Positions 19,596 to 29,495 of a DNA stretch of 64,000 bases are shown piece by piece. Position 1 is the stretch's first letter. Every line of letters begins with the position of its first letter. The notes beneath the pieces are model-generated. The model did not search any database, had not been told where the DNA came from, and worked only from the letters and a program-made list of their open reading frames with translations. Made by a program: the position numbers and the translations under genes. This DNA is from a candidate division WOR-3 bacterium (GTDB taxonomy: Bacteria > Hydrothermota > 32-111). The stretch covers positions 192,001-256,000 of the forward strand of contig JBBFKX010000003.1 in NCBI GenBank assembly GCA_037481815.1. The letters are read 5' to 3'.

Positions 19596-20831
19596 ATGAA
19601 AAAATTTGTTATACTGTTCGTTTTAATTCTTTCATCGTTTTTATACATTTTTGCTCAAACATCACTCGAAGATGCCCTCTTGAAAACAAGAACCTCATCG
19701 ATCGATTTTAAATTGAAGGTGATCGAAAGAGACATTAACAACAAAGCACTTCTGAATTCTCTGCCATCAATTTTACCATACATAGCATACTCCGTTTCAA
19801 TAGATTCATCAAACTATTCGAACTGGAACTACTCACAGTCGATATCTTTAAGTCAAACGATTTTTAACCTTCCATCATTTTTAAGTATCTTCAAAAACAA
19901 AGAGTACTCAGATATTGCGAACCTTTTATATTTAAAAGGTCTGAACGATATGATTCAACAGATTATAGAATCGTATTTTAACCTTTTATCCTATCAGATA
20001 AAACTTGAAACCGATTCAACGATAATCTCGTTTGAGGAAACAAATTTAAAAAAGAATAAAATCCTTTATGAAAATGGGCTTCTATCAGAATCAAATTTTT
20101 TACAGATTGAGTCAAACTATTATTCTCTTCTCTTTTCTTACGAAAAGGATAAGATAACCTATCAAACATACCTTGAGGAATTCATAAATTTAACCGGAAT
20201 AAAATCTCCGGGAAAACTTTTAGATATAGATACTTTTCCTGAAATATCTTTTTTTGATATCGATCAAACAAAAATCTTAAAAAATCTTCCAGAATATCTG
20301 ATAGCAAAAAAAAATTACACTGTTTCTGAAGAAGAAAGGATCATATCCTATGCAGAATTTTTTCCAAAAGCATCATTGAATGTTTCCTACGGTTTGGTGG
20401 ACACAACATACAGATTCAATCTGAATAACCTATTAGATAGTTCAACTGTTAGATTTGGAATATCCGTTTCATTTCCCGTTTTTACAGGATTTTCACGTAG
20501 TTTAAATGTTATTCAAAAAAATTACTCACAGAAGAGCGCTTATCTTAACTTTTTAAAAACAGAGGAAAGTTTAAAACTTGAAATAAACAATTTCGATAAC
20601 AGAATAAAACTTTCAAAAAATTTCCTTGAGAGTTCAAAAAAACTTTATGAATCAGCACAAAAGAATTTTGATAAAGCAAAAATCCTTTTGCAGAACGGGG
20701 AGTTGAACATAACAGATTATACAACGATTGAAAAAACATACATTGAAAGTCTGGTAAACTTTCTAAATTCAAAAAAAGAGTATTACAAGACATATTATAG
20801 ATACCTTTATTTAATAAGGAGGATAAGGTGA
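19596..20831 (+). CDS. TolC-family outer membrane efflux protein
   Basis: Signal peptide; two OEP-like repeats (AEFFPKASLNVSY, GISVSFPVFTGF); upstream of MFP and ABC genes. Confidence 0.85.
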   Translation: MKKFVILFVLILSSFLYIFAQTSLEDALLKTRTSSIDFKLKVIERDINNKALLNSLPSILPYIAYSVSIDSSNYSNWNYSQSISLSQTIFNLPSFLSIFKNKEYSDIANLLYLKGLNDMIQQIIESYFNLLSYQIKLETDSTIISFEETNLKKNKILYENGLLSESNFLQIESNYYSLLFSYEKDKITYQTYLEEFINLTGIKSPGKLLDIDTFPEISFFDIDQTKILKNLPEYLIAKKNYTVSEEERIISYAEFFPKASLNVSYGLVDTTYRFNLNNLLDSSTVRFGISVSFPVFTGFSRSLNVIQKNYSQKSAYLNFLKTEESLKLEINNFDNRIKLSKNFLESSKKLYESAQKNFDKAKILLQNGELNITDYTTIEKTYIESLVNFLNSKKEYYKTYYRYLYLIRRIR

Positions 20832-22003
20832 AAATTTTTAAGAAGAAAAGAACATACATTATACTGGTTATTGTTTTGATAATTTTATTTCTTGTATTTG
20901 GAAAGAAAAAAAATATTGTCACAGTTGAAATTTCAGAGATAACACTCGATACGATAGAAGAGATGGTTAACGCTTCTGGTGCTCTCGAACCATTCGTTGA
21001 TGTTGAAATCTCCTCTGATATAATGGGAAAATGCTTAAAAATATTTGTGAAAGAAGGTGATTTTGTAAAAAAAGGTACTCCACTTTTAAAAATTGACGAC
21101 ATATCACAACAGGCAAGGTTGAAGGAGTCAGAAACAGCTTTAAACTATGCTCAATCAAATTTTGATTATGTTTCATATAAGTTTGAAAACCAGAAAAAAC
21201 TCTATGAACAGAATCTTATTTCTAAATCTGAATTCACTCTCGCTGAACTCGAATATAAAAACAGTTTGAACCTTTTAACCTCTGCAAAATCATCCTATGA
21301 GATAGCAAAAGATAATCTCGAAAAAACCATCATCAGATCTCCCATAGACGGAACTGTTACCGCTATATATGTTGAAGAAGGTGAAAATATAATAACAGGA
21401 ACAATGAACAACGCTGGCACCGTTCTCATGACGATTTCGAACAACCAGAAATTGATAGTTAAAGCGAACGTTGATGAAACATCGATTTCTAAAGTAAGAA
21501 ATGGAAATGTTGCAAAAGTTGTTTTCGATGCTTTCCCCGAAAAAACTTTCACAGGAAAGGTTTTTGTTAAAGCAAATAGACCAAAATACTCTGTTTCTTC
21601 ATCCTCATCATCCGCGTTTTCATCATCAACTTCAACCGCCGTTGAATACGAAGTCAAAATCATTCTTGATGATTCACCAGATAACAACCTTTTGGTTTCT
21701 GGTATGAGTTGTGATGTCGATATAGTGACTCTCAAAAAGGATAGTACCCTGTCGATTCCGATCCAATCGATGGTCAACAGGGAGAACAAAGAGGGTGTTT
21801 TTAAATATTCTGGAGGAAAGATCAAATTTGTTCCCGTTAAAACTGGTATCACAGGAAATTTGAAAACAGAAATATTTTCAGATAGTTTGAAATCTGGAGA
21901 TTCAATAGTAAGTGGACCTTTTCTGTCATTCAAATTTCTCAAAGATGGCTTAAAGGTAAAAATTTCTTCTGAAAAGAGATTTCCATCAGGGAGAAAAAGA
22001 TGA
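20828..22003 (+). CDS. Efflux periplasmic adaptor (MacA/HlyD-like membrane fusion protein)
   Basis: VNASGALEP, VKEGDFVKKG, IRSPIDGTV, VDETSI, VKTGI; GTG start. Confidence 0.92.
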   Translation: MKIFKKKRTYIILVIVLIILFLVFGKKKNIVTVEISEITLDTIEEMVNASGALEPFVDVEISSDIMGKCLKIFVKEGDFVKKGTPLLKIDDISQQARLKESETALNYAQSNFDYVSYKFENQKKLYEQNLISKSEFTLAELEYKNSLNLLTSAKSSYEIAKDNLEKTIIRSPIDGTVTAIYVEEGENIITGTMNNAGTVLMTISNNQKLIVKANVDETSISKVRNGNVAKVVFDAFPEKTFTGKVFVKANRPKYSVSSSSSSAFSSSTSTAVEYEVKIILDDSPDNNLLVSGMSCDVDIVTLKKDSTLSIPIQSMVNRENKEGVFKYSGGKIKFVPVKTGITGNLKTEIFSDSLKSGDSIVSGPFLSFKFLKDGLKVKISSEKRFPSGRKR

Positions 22004-23217
22004 TAGAACTTTTTCTCGAAAGTTTAAGGGTCAGTCTCGATTCAATAAGAAGCAACAAACTCAGAAGTTTTTTAACAACACTTGGAATAATCATTGGAGT
22101 TATGACGGTTATAATAGTTGTTTCAATTATCGCTGGATTAGAATCAAAAGTTCAACAGGTATTTTCAACTATAGGTTCAAACGTTATCTATGTTGAAAGG
22201 TTTCCGTGGGTTTCGATGGGACCAAACGATTGGAGAAGATCGTTTAGAAACTATGTTGATTTTAACGATTACAAAATGGTCAAACAGATGATAAGATCAG
22301 CAGAGGATGTTGGAATTTCAATTTCAAGAAGGTTTCTTGTAAAATATAAAGGTGAAAGATTGGAAGCGGTCAACGTTTCGGGAATTTCAGAGAATTCTTT
22401 TAAAATTGAAAATATCTCTATCGACATAGGTATTCCAATATCATCCGATGATATCAAATATAGAAGGAATGTTTGTGTTATAGGGAAAGATATTCAAAAA
22501 AATCTTTTCAAAAATGAAAACCCGATAGGAAAACTTCTAACAGTTGATGGAAGAAAGTATATTGTAATAGGTGTAACAACAGAAAAAGGTTCAATTTTTG
22601 GACAATCGATGGATGAGGTTGTATACATTCCTTACACAACTCTTATAAAATACTATGGGGATGAGTCAAGAAGGATATCGATAATGGTGAGAAGTTTTAA
22701 TCCTGATGAAACGATAGAAGAGTTGAGATGGATCATGAGATTGTCACATTCACTAAAACCAAAAGATCCTGATAATTTTCATATAAACACTCAGGACGCG
22801 CTGATCAGTCAGTGGAAATCTCTTACGACAGCAATATTTTTTGTTATGATAGCAGTTGGAACTTTGTCTTTGATAGTTGGGGGAATAGGAATAATGAACA
22901 TAATGCTCGTCTCGGTTTCCGAAAGAACAAGAGAGATAGGAATAAGGAAATCAATAGGAGCAAAAAACCGTGAGATACTTTTACAGTTTTTGTTTGAATC
23001 GATTACTATATCTCTCACTGGAGGAATCATAGGTATAATTACCGGTTTTTTAATCTCGTTTACTATCTCAAAATTCACAAATTTGCCTTTTGCGATTCCT
23101 TTATGGTCTGTTCTTTTAGGTTTTACCTTCTCTTTTTCAGCAGGACTTTTCTTCGGAATCCTTCCGTCAAGAAAGGCCGCATCACTCGATCCGGTGGAGT
23201 GTTTGAGATATGAGTAA
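22000..23217 (+). CDS. MacB-like ABC transporter permease
   Basis: NKLRSFLTTLGIIIGV, VGGIGIMNIMLVSVSERTREIGIRKSIGA, DPVECLRYE. Confidence 0.95.
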   Translation: MIELFLESLRVSLDSIRSNKLRSFLTTLGIIIGVMTVIIVVSIIAGLESKVQQVFSTIGSNVIYVERFPWVSMGPNDWRRSFRNYVDFNDYKMVKQMIRSAEDVGISISRRFLVKYKGERLEAVNVSGISENSFKIENISIDIGIPISSDDIKYRRNVCVIGKDIQKNLFKNENPIGKLLTVDGRKYIVIGVTTEKGSIFGQSMDEVVYIPYTTLIKYYGDESRRISIMVRSFNPDETIEELRWIMRLSHSLKPKDPDNFHINTQDALISQWKSLTTAIFFVMIAVGTLSLIVGGIGIMNIMLVSVSERTREIGIRKSIGAKNREILLQFLFESITISLTGGIIGIITGFLISFTISKFTNLPFAIPLWSVLLGFTFSFSAGLFFGILPSRKAASLDPVECLRYE

Positions 23218-23881
23218 CATAATAGAAATGTTTCATATAAAAAAATATTATCCCTTTAAAGGTGGTTATGTTGAAGCTTTAAAGGATATCAACCTAACGA
23301 TTTCTGAAGGAGAATTTTTATCGATAATGGGACCATCTGGTTCTGGAAAATCAACACTTATGCATATCCTTGGGTGTTTAGATAAACCAACTGGTGGAAC
23401 CTATCTTTTAAATGGAAACGATACATCAAAATATGACGATGACAAACTTGCAGAGATCAGAAACAAATATATAGGTTTTGTTTTTCAAAGTTATAATCTC
23501 CTTCCGAAAACAACCGCGTTAAGAAATGTTGAAATGCCTATGATCTATGCAAAAGTCAAAAGAAATGAACGTATCAGAAAAGCGAAGGAACTCCTTGAAC
23601 TTGTGGGGCTATCCCATAGAATACACCATCTTCCATCGGAGATGTCAGGTGGAGAAAGACAGAGAGTTTCAATAGCAAGATCTCTTGCAAATGATCCCCA
23701 GTTCATACTTGCTGATGAACCAACAGGTAACCTTGATTCAAAAATGTCAGACGAGATAATGAAAATTTTAAGGGAACTCAATCAGAAAGGAAAAACAATA
23801 ATAATAGTTACACACGAACCCGATGTTGCCAGAAAGACAGATAGAATAATCCATATCAAAGATGGTTTGATAATAGATTAA
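23210..23881 (+). CDS. ABC transporter ATP-binding protein (MacB/LolD-like)
   Basis: GPSGSGKST, MSGGERQR, ILADEPTGNLD, VTH. Confidence 0.96.
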   Translation: MSNIIEMFHIKKYYPFKGGYVEALKDINLTISEGEFLSIMGPSGSGKSTLMHILGCLDKPTGGTYLLNGNDTSKYDDDKLAEIRNKYIGFVFQSYNLLPKTTALRNVEMPMIYAKVKRNERIRKAKELLELVGLSHRIHHLPSEMSGGERQRVSIARSLANDPQFILADEPTGNLDSKMSDEIMKILRELNQKGKTIIIVTHEPDVARKTDRIIHIKDGLIID

Positions 23882-23893
23882 TTTTTCAATTTG

Positions 23894-23921
23894 TTGACAT
23901 TTATTTTATAGGTATTATAAT
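23894..23921 (+). promoter_or_regulatory. Consensus sigma70 promoter TTGACA-16-TATAAT, 8 nt before ATG 23930
   Basis: Perfect hexamers at 23894-23899 and 23916-23921. Confidence 0.75.
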
Positions 23922-23929
23922 GATTTTAT

Positions 23930-25951
23930 ATGAAACCTGTTGTAAGTAAATTCTTGGGTTCAGAAAACGAAAAAGATTTCATTGATGCAATAAATTTTTT
24001 TTTAAAAGAGTACTATATAAAAAATCTTTTTTTAAGTTTAAAAACACAGAACGGTTTTTATTTCTATTCAACACTAAAAAAGGATAAGACATTTTCAGAA
24101 ACAAAAGAACTATACAATTTTAAAAGGATTTCTGTCGAAGAAAAGGAACAGATCAACAGGATAGATTCCCTTTTATATGATATAAGGATTGGTGATGAAG
24201 TGGTTTTACAAAGTGGAAACCATTATATCTTTCTCACTGATAAACAGGAAGAATTGTTTTTGATTTTTCAGAATGAAGGGGAAATATATGATGAAAGAAA
24301 AAATCTTGAAATGCTTGAAATTCTTCCATCAATAAAAAATGGCTTAACAAAGATATATCTTTTGCAGAAACTAAATTCAGAGAAAGATATAGAGGAAAAG
24401 ATCGCAACCGTTAATAAAAAATTGTATACATTACAACAGTTAACCCTTCTTCTCCAATCGACTTTTGATTTTGAAAAGATTCTTAACATAATAACAAAGG
24501 CAATAAGTTCATCCCTCGGCTTTTCGGTTGTTTTAGTTTCCCTTTATAATGAAAAAGAAGATTCGATGGAAAGGGTCGCACAGAACGGTTTGAATGAGAA
24601 GGTTTTTGAAAAGTTGAAAAAACAAAAGGTTCCTTTTTCAACTATAAAAAATCTGATGCAGGAAAAATTTAGAATATCAAAATCATACTATATAAACCAT
24701 AAAGAGATGAACCTTGACCAGATCGATAAAACTCTAAATGAGATCGCTTATGTGATCCCTGAGGAGCGACCTGACGAATATGTAAACTGGCATCCCGAAG
24801 ATATACTCATAATACCACTCTATTCAAAAGAAAACAGGATACTTGGTATCATCACCGTTGATAAACCCATAAATAAGTATGTTAACCTTCTTGAATCGAT
24901 AGAAATTTTAGAATCGTTCGCTCAAACAGCAGCAATTTCACTTGAAAATGCTAAACTCTTTTCGAGGATGGAACAACTCATAAAAAATCTTGAAAAAGTA
25001 TCCACAATCTCCGCTTTGATGAACTCTCATATACAACTTGATGATCTTTTGAACCATTTTGTAAAATCTATAAAAGAGAATTTTCCACATTACAATACCT
25101 CAATAATTTTATATAACGAATTCAACGAACTTGAGATAAAAGCGTTTTCAGGATATAACGAAAAATATATAGAACGGATCAACGAGATGCTGAAGATGGG
25201 TGAAGGTATCGTTGGATGGGTTGCAGAGCATAAAACTCCGGTTCATGTAAAGGATACCCGTTCGGACCCAAGATTCGTCGGACGGCTTGATATATCGATG
25301 TCCGAGATTGCGGTTCCATTACAACTCTCTTCAGGTATGATTGGAATATTAGATATAGAAAGTGAAGGGATCAACTCACTTGACGAAAACGATTTTAGAA
25401 TCATCTCAATCCTTGCTTCACACCTATCTGTTTCAATAGATAATACATTCAAATATGAGGAAACAAAAAGAATCGCAAACACCGATCCTTTAACGGATAT
25501 GTATAACTACCGTTTCTTCATCGAAAAACTTAAAGATGAACTCGAACGATCCAGAAAACTTTCCATTCCTCTTTCCATACTTATGCTTGATATCGATTAC
25601 TTTAAAGAGATAAACGATAACTATGGTCATATGGTTGGAGACATGATCATAAGAGAACTCGCTCAACTCCTTTCAAAAACTGTCAGAAAAGGTGATATTG
25701 TTACAAGATATGGTGGAGATGAGTTTTTCATAATTTTACCCGGAACAGGTAAACAGTTTACACATTCGATAGCGGAAAAGATAAACAAACTTGTTAAAAG
25801 AACAAATTTCACAAACGGCATCAAGATCACAGTATCCGTTGGAACAGTTACATATCCTGATGATGGGGACAGTGTAGAAACACTACTCAAATGGGTTGAT
25901 GATGCCCTTTACGATGCCAAAAGAAAAGGAAGAGATAGAATCAATGGGTAG
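23930..25951 (+). CDS. GAF-GAF-GGDEF diguanylate cyclase
   Basis: Two GAF domains; TDPLTDMYN, DIDYFKEIND.YGH..GD, RKGD I-site and RYGGDEF. Confidence 0.93.
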   Translation: MKPVVSKFLGSENEKDFIDAINFFLKEYYIKNLFLSLKTQNGFYFYSTLKKDKTFSETKELYNFKRISVEEKEQINRIDSLLYDIRIGDEVVLQSGNHYIFLTDKQEELFLIFQNEGEIYDERKNLEMLEILPSIKNGLTKIYLLQKLNSEKDIEEKIATVNKKLYTLQQLTLLLQSTFDFEKILNIITKAISSSLGFSVVLVSLYNEKEDSMERVAQNGLNEKVFEKLKKQKVPFSTIKNLMQEKFRISKSYYINHKEMNLDQIDKTLNEIAYVIPEERPDEYVNWHPEDILIIPLYSKENRILGIITVDKPINKYVNLLESIEILESFAQTAAISLENAKLFSRMEQLIKNLEKVSTISALMNSHIQLDDLLNHFVKSIKENFPHYNTSIILYNEFNELEIKAFSGYNEKYIERINEMLKMGEGIVGWVAEHKTPVHVKDTRSDPRFVGRLDISMSEIAVPLQLSSGMIGILDIESEGINSLDENDFRIISILASHLSVSIDNTFKYEETKRIANTDPLTDMYNYRFFIEKLKDELERSRKLSIPLSILMLDIDYFKEINDNYGHMVGDMIIRELAQLLSKTVRKGDIVTRYGGDEFFIILPGTGKQFTHSIAEKINKLVKRTNFTNGIKITVSVGTVTYPDDGDSVETLLKWVDDALYDAKRKGRDRING

Positions 25952-27163
25952 GTGATGAATAAAAACCCATTCTTTTTCAAATCATACTTTTTTGTTGCAT
26001 TGATAGTTGTATCTTTGGCATCCTTTCTCTTCATTCAGGATATAATATTTAAACTCGAAGAAAAATCTTTGATACAATCAAGAATTTTCGCAAGGTATGC
26101 AACCGGAATCACTGAGAATCAAACTTCTAAAAGCGAGGAAATAATTTTTGAGGAGATCATAAAAAATATTTCTTTTCCAATAGTTTTAACTGATACATCC
26201 GGTTATCCAATTTCCTGGAGAAATGTTGGTTATCTAGATACCGTTTTTGAAATTGAAAATAATCCAAAATACCTTGCTGACTTAAAAAAAATAGTTGAAA
26301 AACTTGATAGCGAGAAAAGACCGTTTAAACTTGTATACAACTCAAAAGTCCTTGCTATCATACACATGGGAGAAGATCCACTCTATAAAAAACTCCAGTT
26401 CGCTCCATTCTTTCAGGTGATAGTTTCCTCTATTTTTCTTCTTATAGGAATTTATGCTTTTCTTTTATACAGAAAGAGTGAGGACAACATAATTTGGGCG
26501 GGAATGGCAAAGGAAACAGCCCATCAGATTGGAACCCCTCTAACATCTCTGAAAACATGGATATACATGTTAAAAGAAAAACAAGCCATTGATAAAAATA
26601 TAGTTGATGGAATCGAAGAGGACTGTTCACGTCTTGAAACCGTCTCTAACAGATTCAACAAAATCGGTTCAAATCCTGTTTTTGAGATAACAAATTTAAA
26701 AGAACTCATAGATGATGTTTCCTCTTATTTCAAAAAAAGAGTTCCAACAACAGGTAAAAATAAAATTTCGATTGAAACAAAACTGGATGGGGACGAACTG
26801 GTAACCGTTGATAAAGAACTTTTCAAATGGGCTTTAGAGAATTTGATCAAAAACAGTATAGATTCCTTAAAAAATATTCCGGACGGGAAAATAAAAATAG
26901 AAACAAAAAATGAAAATAACCGAGTTCTTATAAGAATATCGGATAATGGTGTTGGTATCGAAAGAAAAAATATTGAAAATATATTCAAAATTGGATTCAC
27001 AACCAAAAAGTTTGGCTGGGGACTTGGTCTTCCTCTTGCGAAAAAAATAATTGAAGATTTCCATAAAGGAAAACTGATACTTGAAAGAACCGCAGTTAAC
27101 GATGGAACAACTTTTTTAATAATACTTGATAAAGATGAGAAAAAGAATTTTATGGATCGATGA
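25952..27163 (+). CDS. Membrane sensor histidine kinase
   Basis: Two TM helices; H-box AKETAHQIGTPL; N-box ENLIKNS; DNGVG; GFTTK; GWGLGL. Confidence 0.94.
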   Translation: MMNKNPFFFKSYFFVALIVVSLASFLFIQDIIFKLEEKSLIQSRIFARYATGITENQTSKSEEIIFEEIIKNISFPIVLTDTSGYPISWRNVGYLDTVFEIENNPKYLADLKKIVEKLDSEKRPFKLVYNSKVLAIIHMGEDPLYKKLQFAPFFQVIVSSIFLLIGIYAFLLYRKSEDNIIWAGMAKETAHQIGTPLTSLKTWIYMLKEKQAIDKNIVDGIEEDCSRLETVSNRFNKIGSNPVFEITNLKELIDDVSSYFKKRVPTTGKNKISIETKLDGDELVTVDKELFKWALENLIKNSIDSLKNIPDGKIKIETKNENNRVLIRISDNGVGIERKNIENIFKIGFTTKKFGWGLGLPLAKKIIEDFHKGKLILERTAVNDGTTFLIILDKDEKKNFMDR

Positions 27164-28673
27164 TCAGATCGATAATCTCAAATCACTTTCAACCTTTCTG
27201 GAAAATGAGGGTTATGAAGTGATACCATCATCGAGTGGACTGGATGGATTTGAAAAAGTAAAAACAGAAAAATTCGATTTGATAATCCTGGATCAGTATA
27301 TGCCTGGACTTGATGGAATTGAAACACTATCCCTTTTAAAGGAGTATTCTTCAAACATTCCCGTAATAATGGTTACAAAAGCCGATGATAAAGATATAAT
27401 AAAAAATGCGATATCGTTAAAAATAAACGATTATCTGATAAAACCGATCAACGCGATGCAACTGTTGACAACGATCAAAAGGATACTTGAAAATAAAAAA
27501 ATAATATCTGACAGTATAGGAGAAAGATATTCAAACTTTTTGAAAAAAGTTGAAATTTATTTAAACAGAGATCCCTCTTTAGAATCATTTTTTGAACTCC
27601 ATCGCATCTCTTCTTCGATGAATATTGTTTTAAACGAATTTTTAAAAAAGGAAATTTTAACATTACACGAGCAAACGAAAGATAATATGAACAAAGTTTT
27701 TGCAAAATTTGTTAGCAAAAATTATCCCAATTTTTTAAAAGATAAAAGTTTAACTTTTTCACATAGATTGTTCGAACACAAAGTTTTTCCAATATTAAAA
27801 CAGAATAAAAAAATTCTGTTCATTCTTATAGATTGTATGAGATACGATCAATACCTTATTTTTGAGTCAACACTTTCAGAATATTTCAGAATTGTAAACG
27901 ATCATTATTTTTCAATCATTCCAACAGCAACACCGTTTAGCAGAAATTCCATTTTCAGTGGTTTTCTACCAGTTGAAATTTATAAAATATTTCCAGAAAG
28001 ATGGGAGTTTGAGGATACTTTATCCCAGAATCAATATGAGGACGAATTTTTAAAGTCACTCGCAAAGAAGAATGGAGTTGATAATGTTCATTATTCAAAA
28101 GTTTCAACTAACGAAAACCTTTCAAAGTATATTTCAAACTTTTCAAATTTAAAAAACAACACCTTAAATGTTCTTGTGATAAACATAATGGATATTTTTA
28201 CACATATAAGAAGTGAATCAAACATTCTAAAAGATATGCTTCCAGATGAAAGTTCCCTTCTTTTCCTCATGGGAGTATGGATAAAAACTTCTGGAATTCT
28301 TGAACTCATAGAAAAGAGCGTTGATAATGGGTTCACAATTTTTATAACTTCAGATCATGGTTCAATAGTCGCAAAAGATCCTATAATTTTAAACACAGGA
28401 AAAGATGTTTCCATAAATTTAAAATATAAATTCGGTTCATCTATCTCCCCTCAGAGTAAAGATCTGCTTGTTATCGATAAACCCGATGAATTCGGTCTGC
28501 CCATTCAAAAACCAAACGATAAATGGTATATAACTTTTGGAAACGGATACTTTGTATATTCTACAAAGTTGAACCAATACAAAAAAGAATATTACAACAC
28601 CTTTCAACATGGGGGTATATCGATGGAAGAGATGATTCTTCCAATAGGTATCATAGAAGGTAAATATGTATAA
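27135..28673 (+). CDS. PorX-like response regulator (receiver + PglZ/alkaline-phosphatase-like domain)
   Basis: REC domain: WIDD, LDQYMPGLDG, MVTK, IKP. PglZ domain: IDCMRYDQ, PTATPFSRN, DIFTH, TSDHG, TFQHGGISMEEM. Confidence 0.88.
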   Translation: MRKRILWIDDQIDNLKSLSTFLENEGYEVIPSSSGLDGFEKVKTEKFDLIILDQYMPGLDGIETLSLLKEYSSNIPVIMVTKADDKDIIKNAISLKINDYLIKPINAMQLLTTIKRILENKKIISDSIGERYSNFLKKVEIYLNRDPSLESFFELHRISSSMNIVLNEFLKKEILTLHEQTKDNMNKVFAKFVSKNYPNFLKDKSLTFSHRLFEHKVFPILKQNKKILFILIDCMRYDQYLIFESTLSEYFRIVNDHYFSIIPTATPFSRNSIFSGFLPVEIYKIFPERWEFEDTLSQNQYEDEFLKSLAKKNGVDNVHYSKVSTNENLSKYISNFSNLKNNTLNVLVINIMDIFTHIRSESNILKDMLPDESSLLFLMGVWIKTSGILELIEKSVDNGFTIFITSDHGSIVAKDPIILNTGKDVSINLKYKFGSSISPQSKDLLVIDKPDEFGLPIQKPNDKWYITFGNGYFVYSTKLNQYKKEYYNTFQHGGISMEEMILPIGIIEGKYV

Positions 28674-28992
28674 GGTTATACTTTACATTAAAAATTTCCC
28701 GGTCTTCCTCGGGGTATATGAAGTTGAGAAGAAGAAAAAAAATCTTGTTGATATTCTGCTGGAGTATGAAGAAAAAGAATTCATAGATTATTTTGAAGTT
28801 TACGATACTGTTGAAACTCTGTTAAAAAACAATAAATTTTCACTCATTGAGGAAATGATCGAATATCTTGAAAAAGGGTTGAAAAAATTTTTCAAAGATA
28901 AAAACTCTTTCAGGTTGGTTGTTAAGAAAAATAAACCTTATAGAATGAAATACTGTTCTTATGTGGAGATGGAAAAATGCAAAAAGATATGA
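28666..28992 (+). CDS. folB: Dihydroneopterin aldolase (divergent)
   Basis: LGVYEVE, IDY, FSLIEE and VKK.KP pattern; directly upstream of folK. Confidence 0.65.
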   Translation: MYKVILYIKNFPVFLGVYEVEKKKKNLVDILLEYEEKEFIDYFEVYDTVETLLKNNKFSLIEEMIEYLEKGLKKFFKDKNSFRLVVKKNKPYRMKYCSYVEMEKCKKI

Positions 28993-29495
28993 TTCTTCTA
29001 TGTCTTGGTTCGAATATAGGTGATAGGGAAAAAAATATCTCTGATGCTATAAAACTGATCAAACTTAACAACATAAAAATCACAGGTTTTTCGAAATTGT
29101 ACAACACTGAACCTGTTGACTATGAAAACCAGAACGATTTTCTAAACATAATACTAAAAGTATCAACCGATTTTTCACCAGATGAACTTTTAAGGGTTGT
29201 AAAAAGGATAGAATATCTTATCGGAAGAAGAGAATCAAAAATAAAAAAGGGTCCGAGAATAATTGATATTGATATATTGTTTTACAATGATATAATAATT
29301 AATAGTGAGGAGTTGACAATCCCTCACAAAAGTGTTTTGGATAGATATTTTATAATAAAACTTTTGATGGACATCGATCCTGAATTTTTAATGCCAAAGT
29401 TTAACATAAAAGTGAAGGATGTTTATCAAAAGATTGATAAAAGTAAGAGAGTTGAAGAGTATAACATGAAAAGTTTAAAAGGAGTTTTATTTTGA
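28977..29495 (+). CDS. folK: 6-hydroxymethyl-7,8-dihydropterin pyrophosphokinase
   Basis: LGSNIGDR, FLN, IE...GR, GPRIIDIDIL, LTIPH. Confidence 0.95.
   Translation: MQKDMILLCLGSNIGDREKNISDAIKLIKLNNIKITGFSKLYNTEPVDYENQNDFLNIILKVSTDFSPDELLRVVKRIEYLIGRRESKIKKGPRIIDIDILFYNDIIINSEELTIPHKSVLDRYFIIKLLMDIDPEFLMPKFNIKVKDVYQKIDKSKRVEEYNMKSLKGVLF

Noticed and set aside
19588..19600. Identical 13-mer GAGGTCAGATGAA at the starts of tolC and hsp20 (35286-35298)
   Set aside because: It is mostly SD + ATG + Lys codon; only the 3-nt spacer is free, which is too little to call a shared regulatory element.
21295..21942. 215-aa antisense ORF and similar ones (7497-7952, 11745-12233, 20545-21102, 56552-57103)
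   Set aside because: These are shadow frames opposite well-supported genes, rich in Ser/Phe/Ile as expected from reverse-complemented AT-rich codons, with no motifs or RBS.
27135..28673. PglZ domain as a sign of a BREX phage-defence system
   Set aside because: It is fused to a receiver domain (PorX architecture), and no brxC, pglX, brxA or brxL is nearby. The lon gene at 35717 is a canonical LonA, not BrxL.
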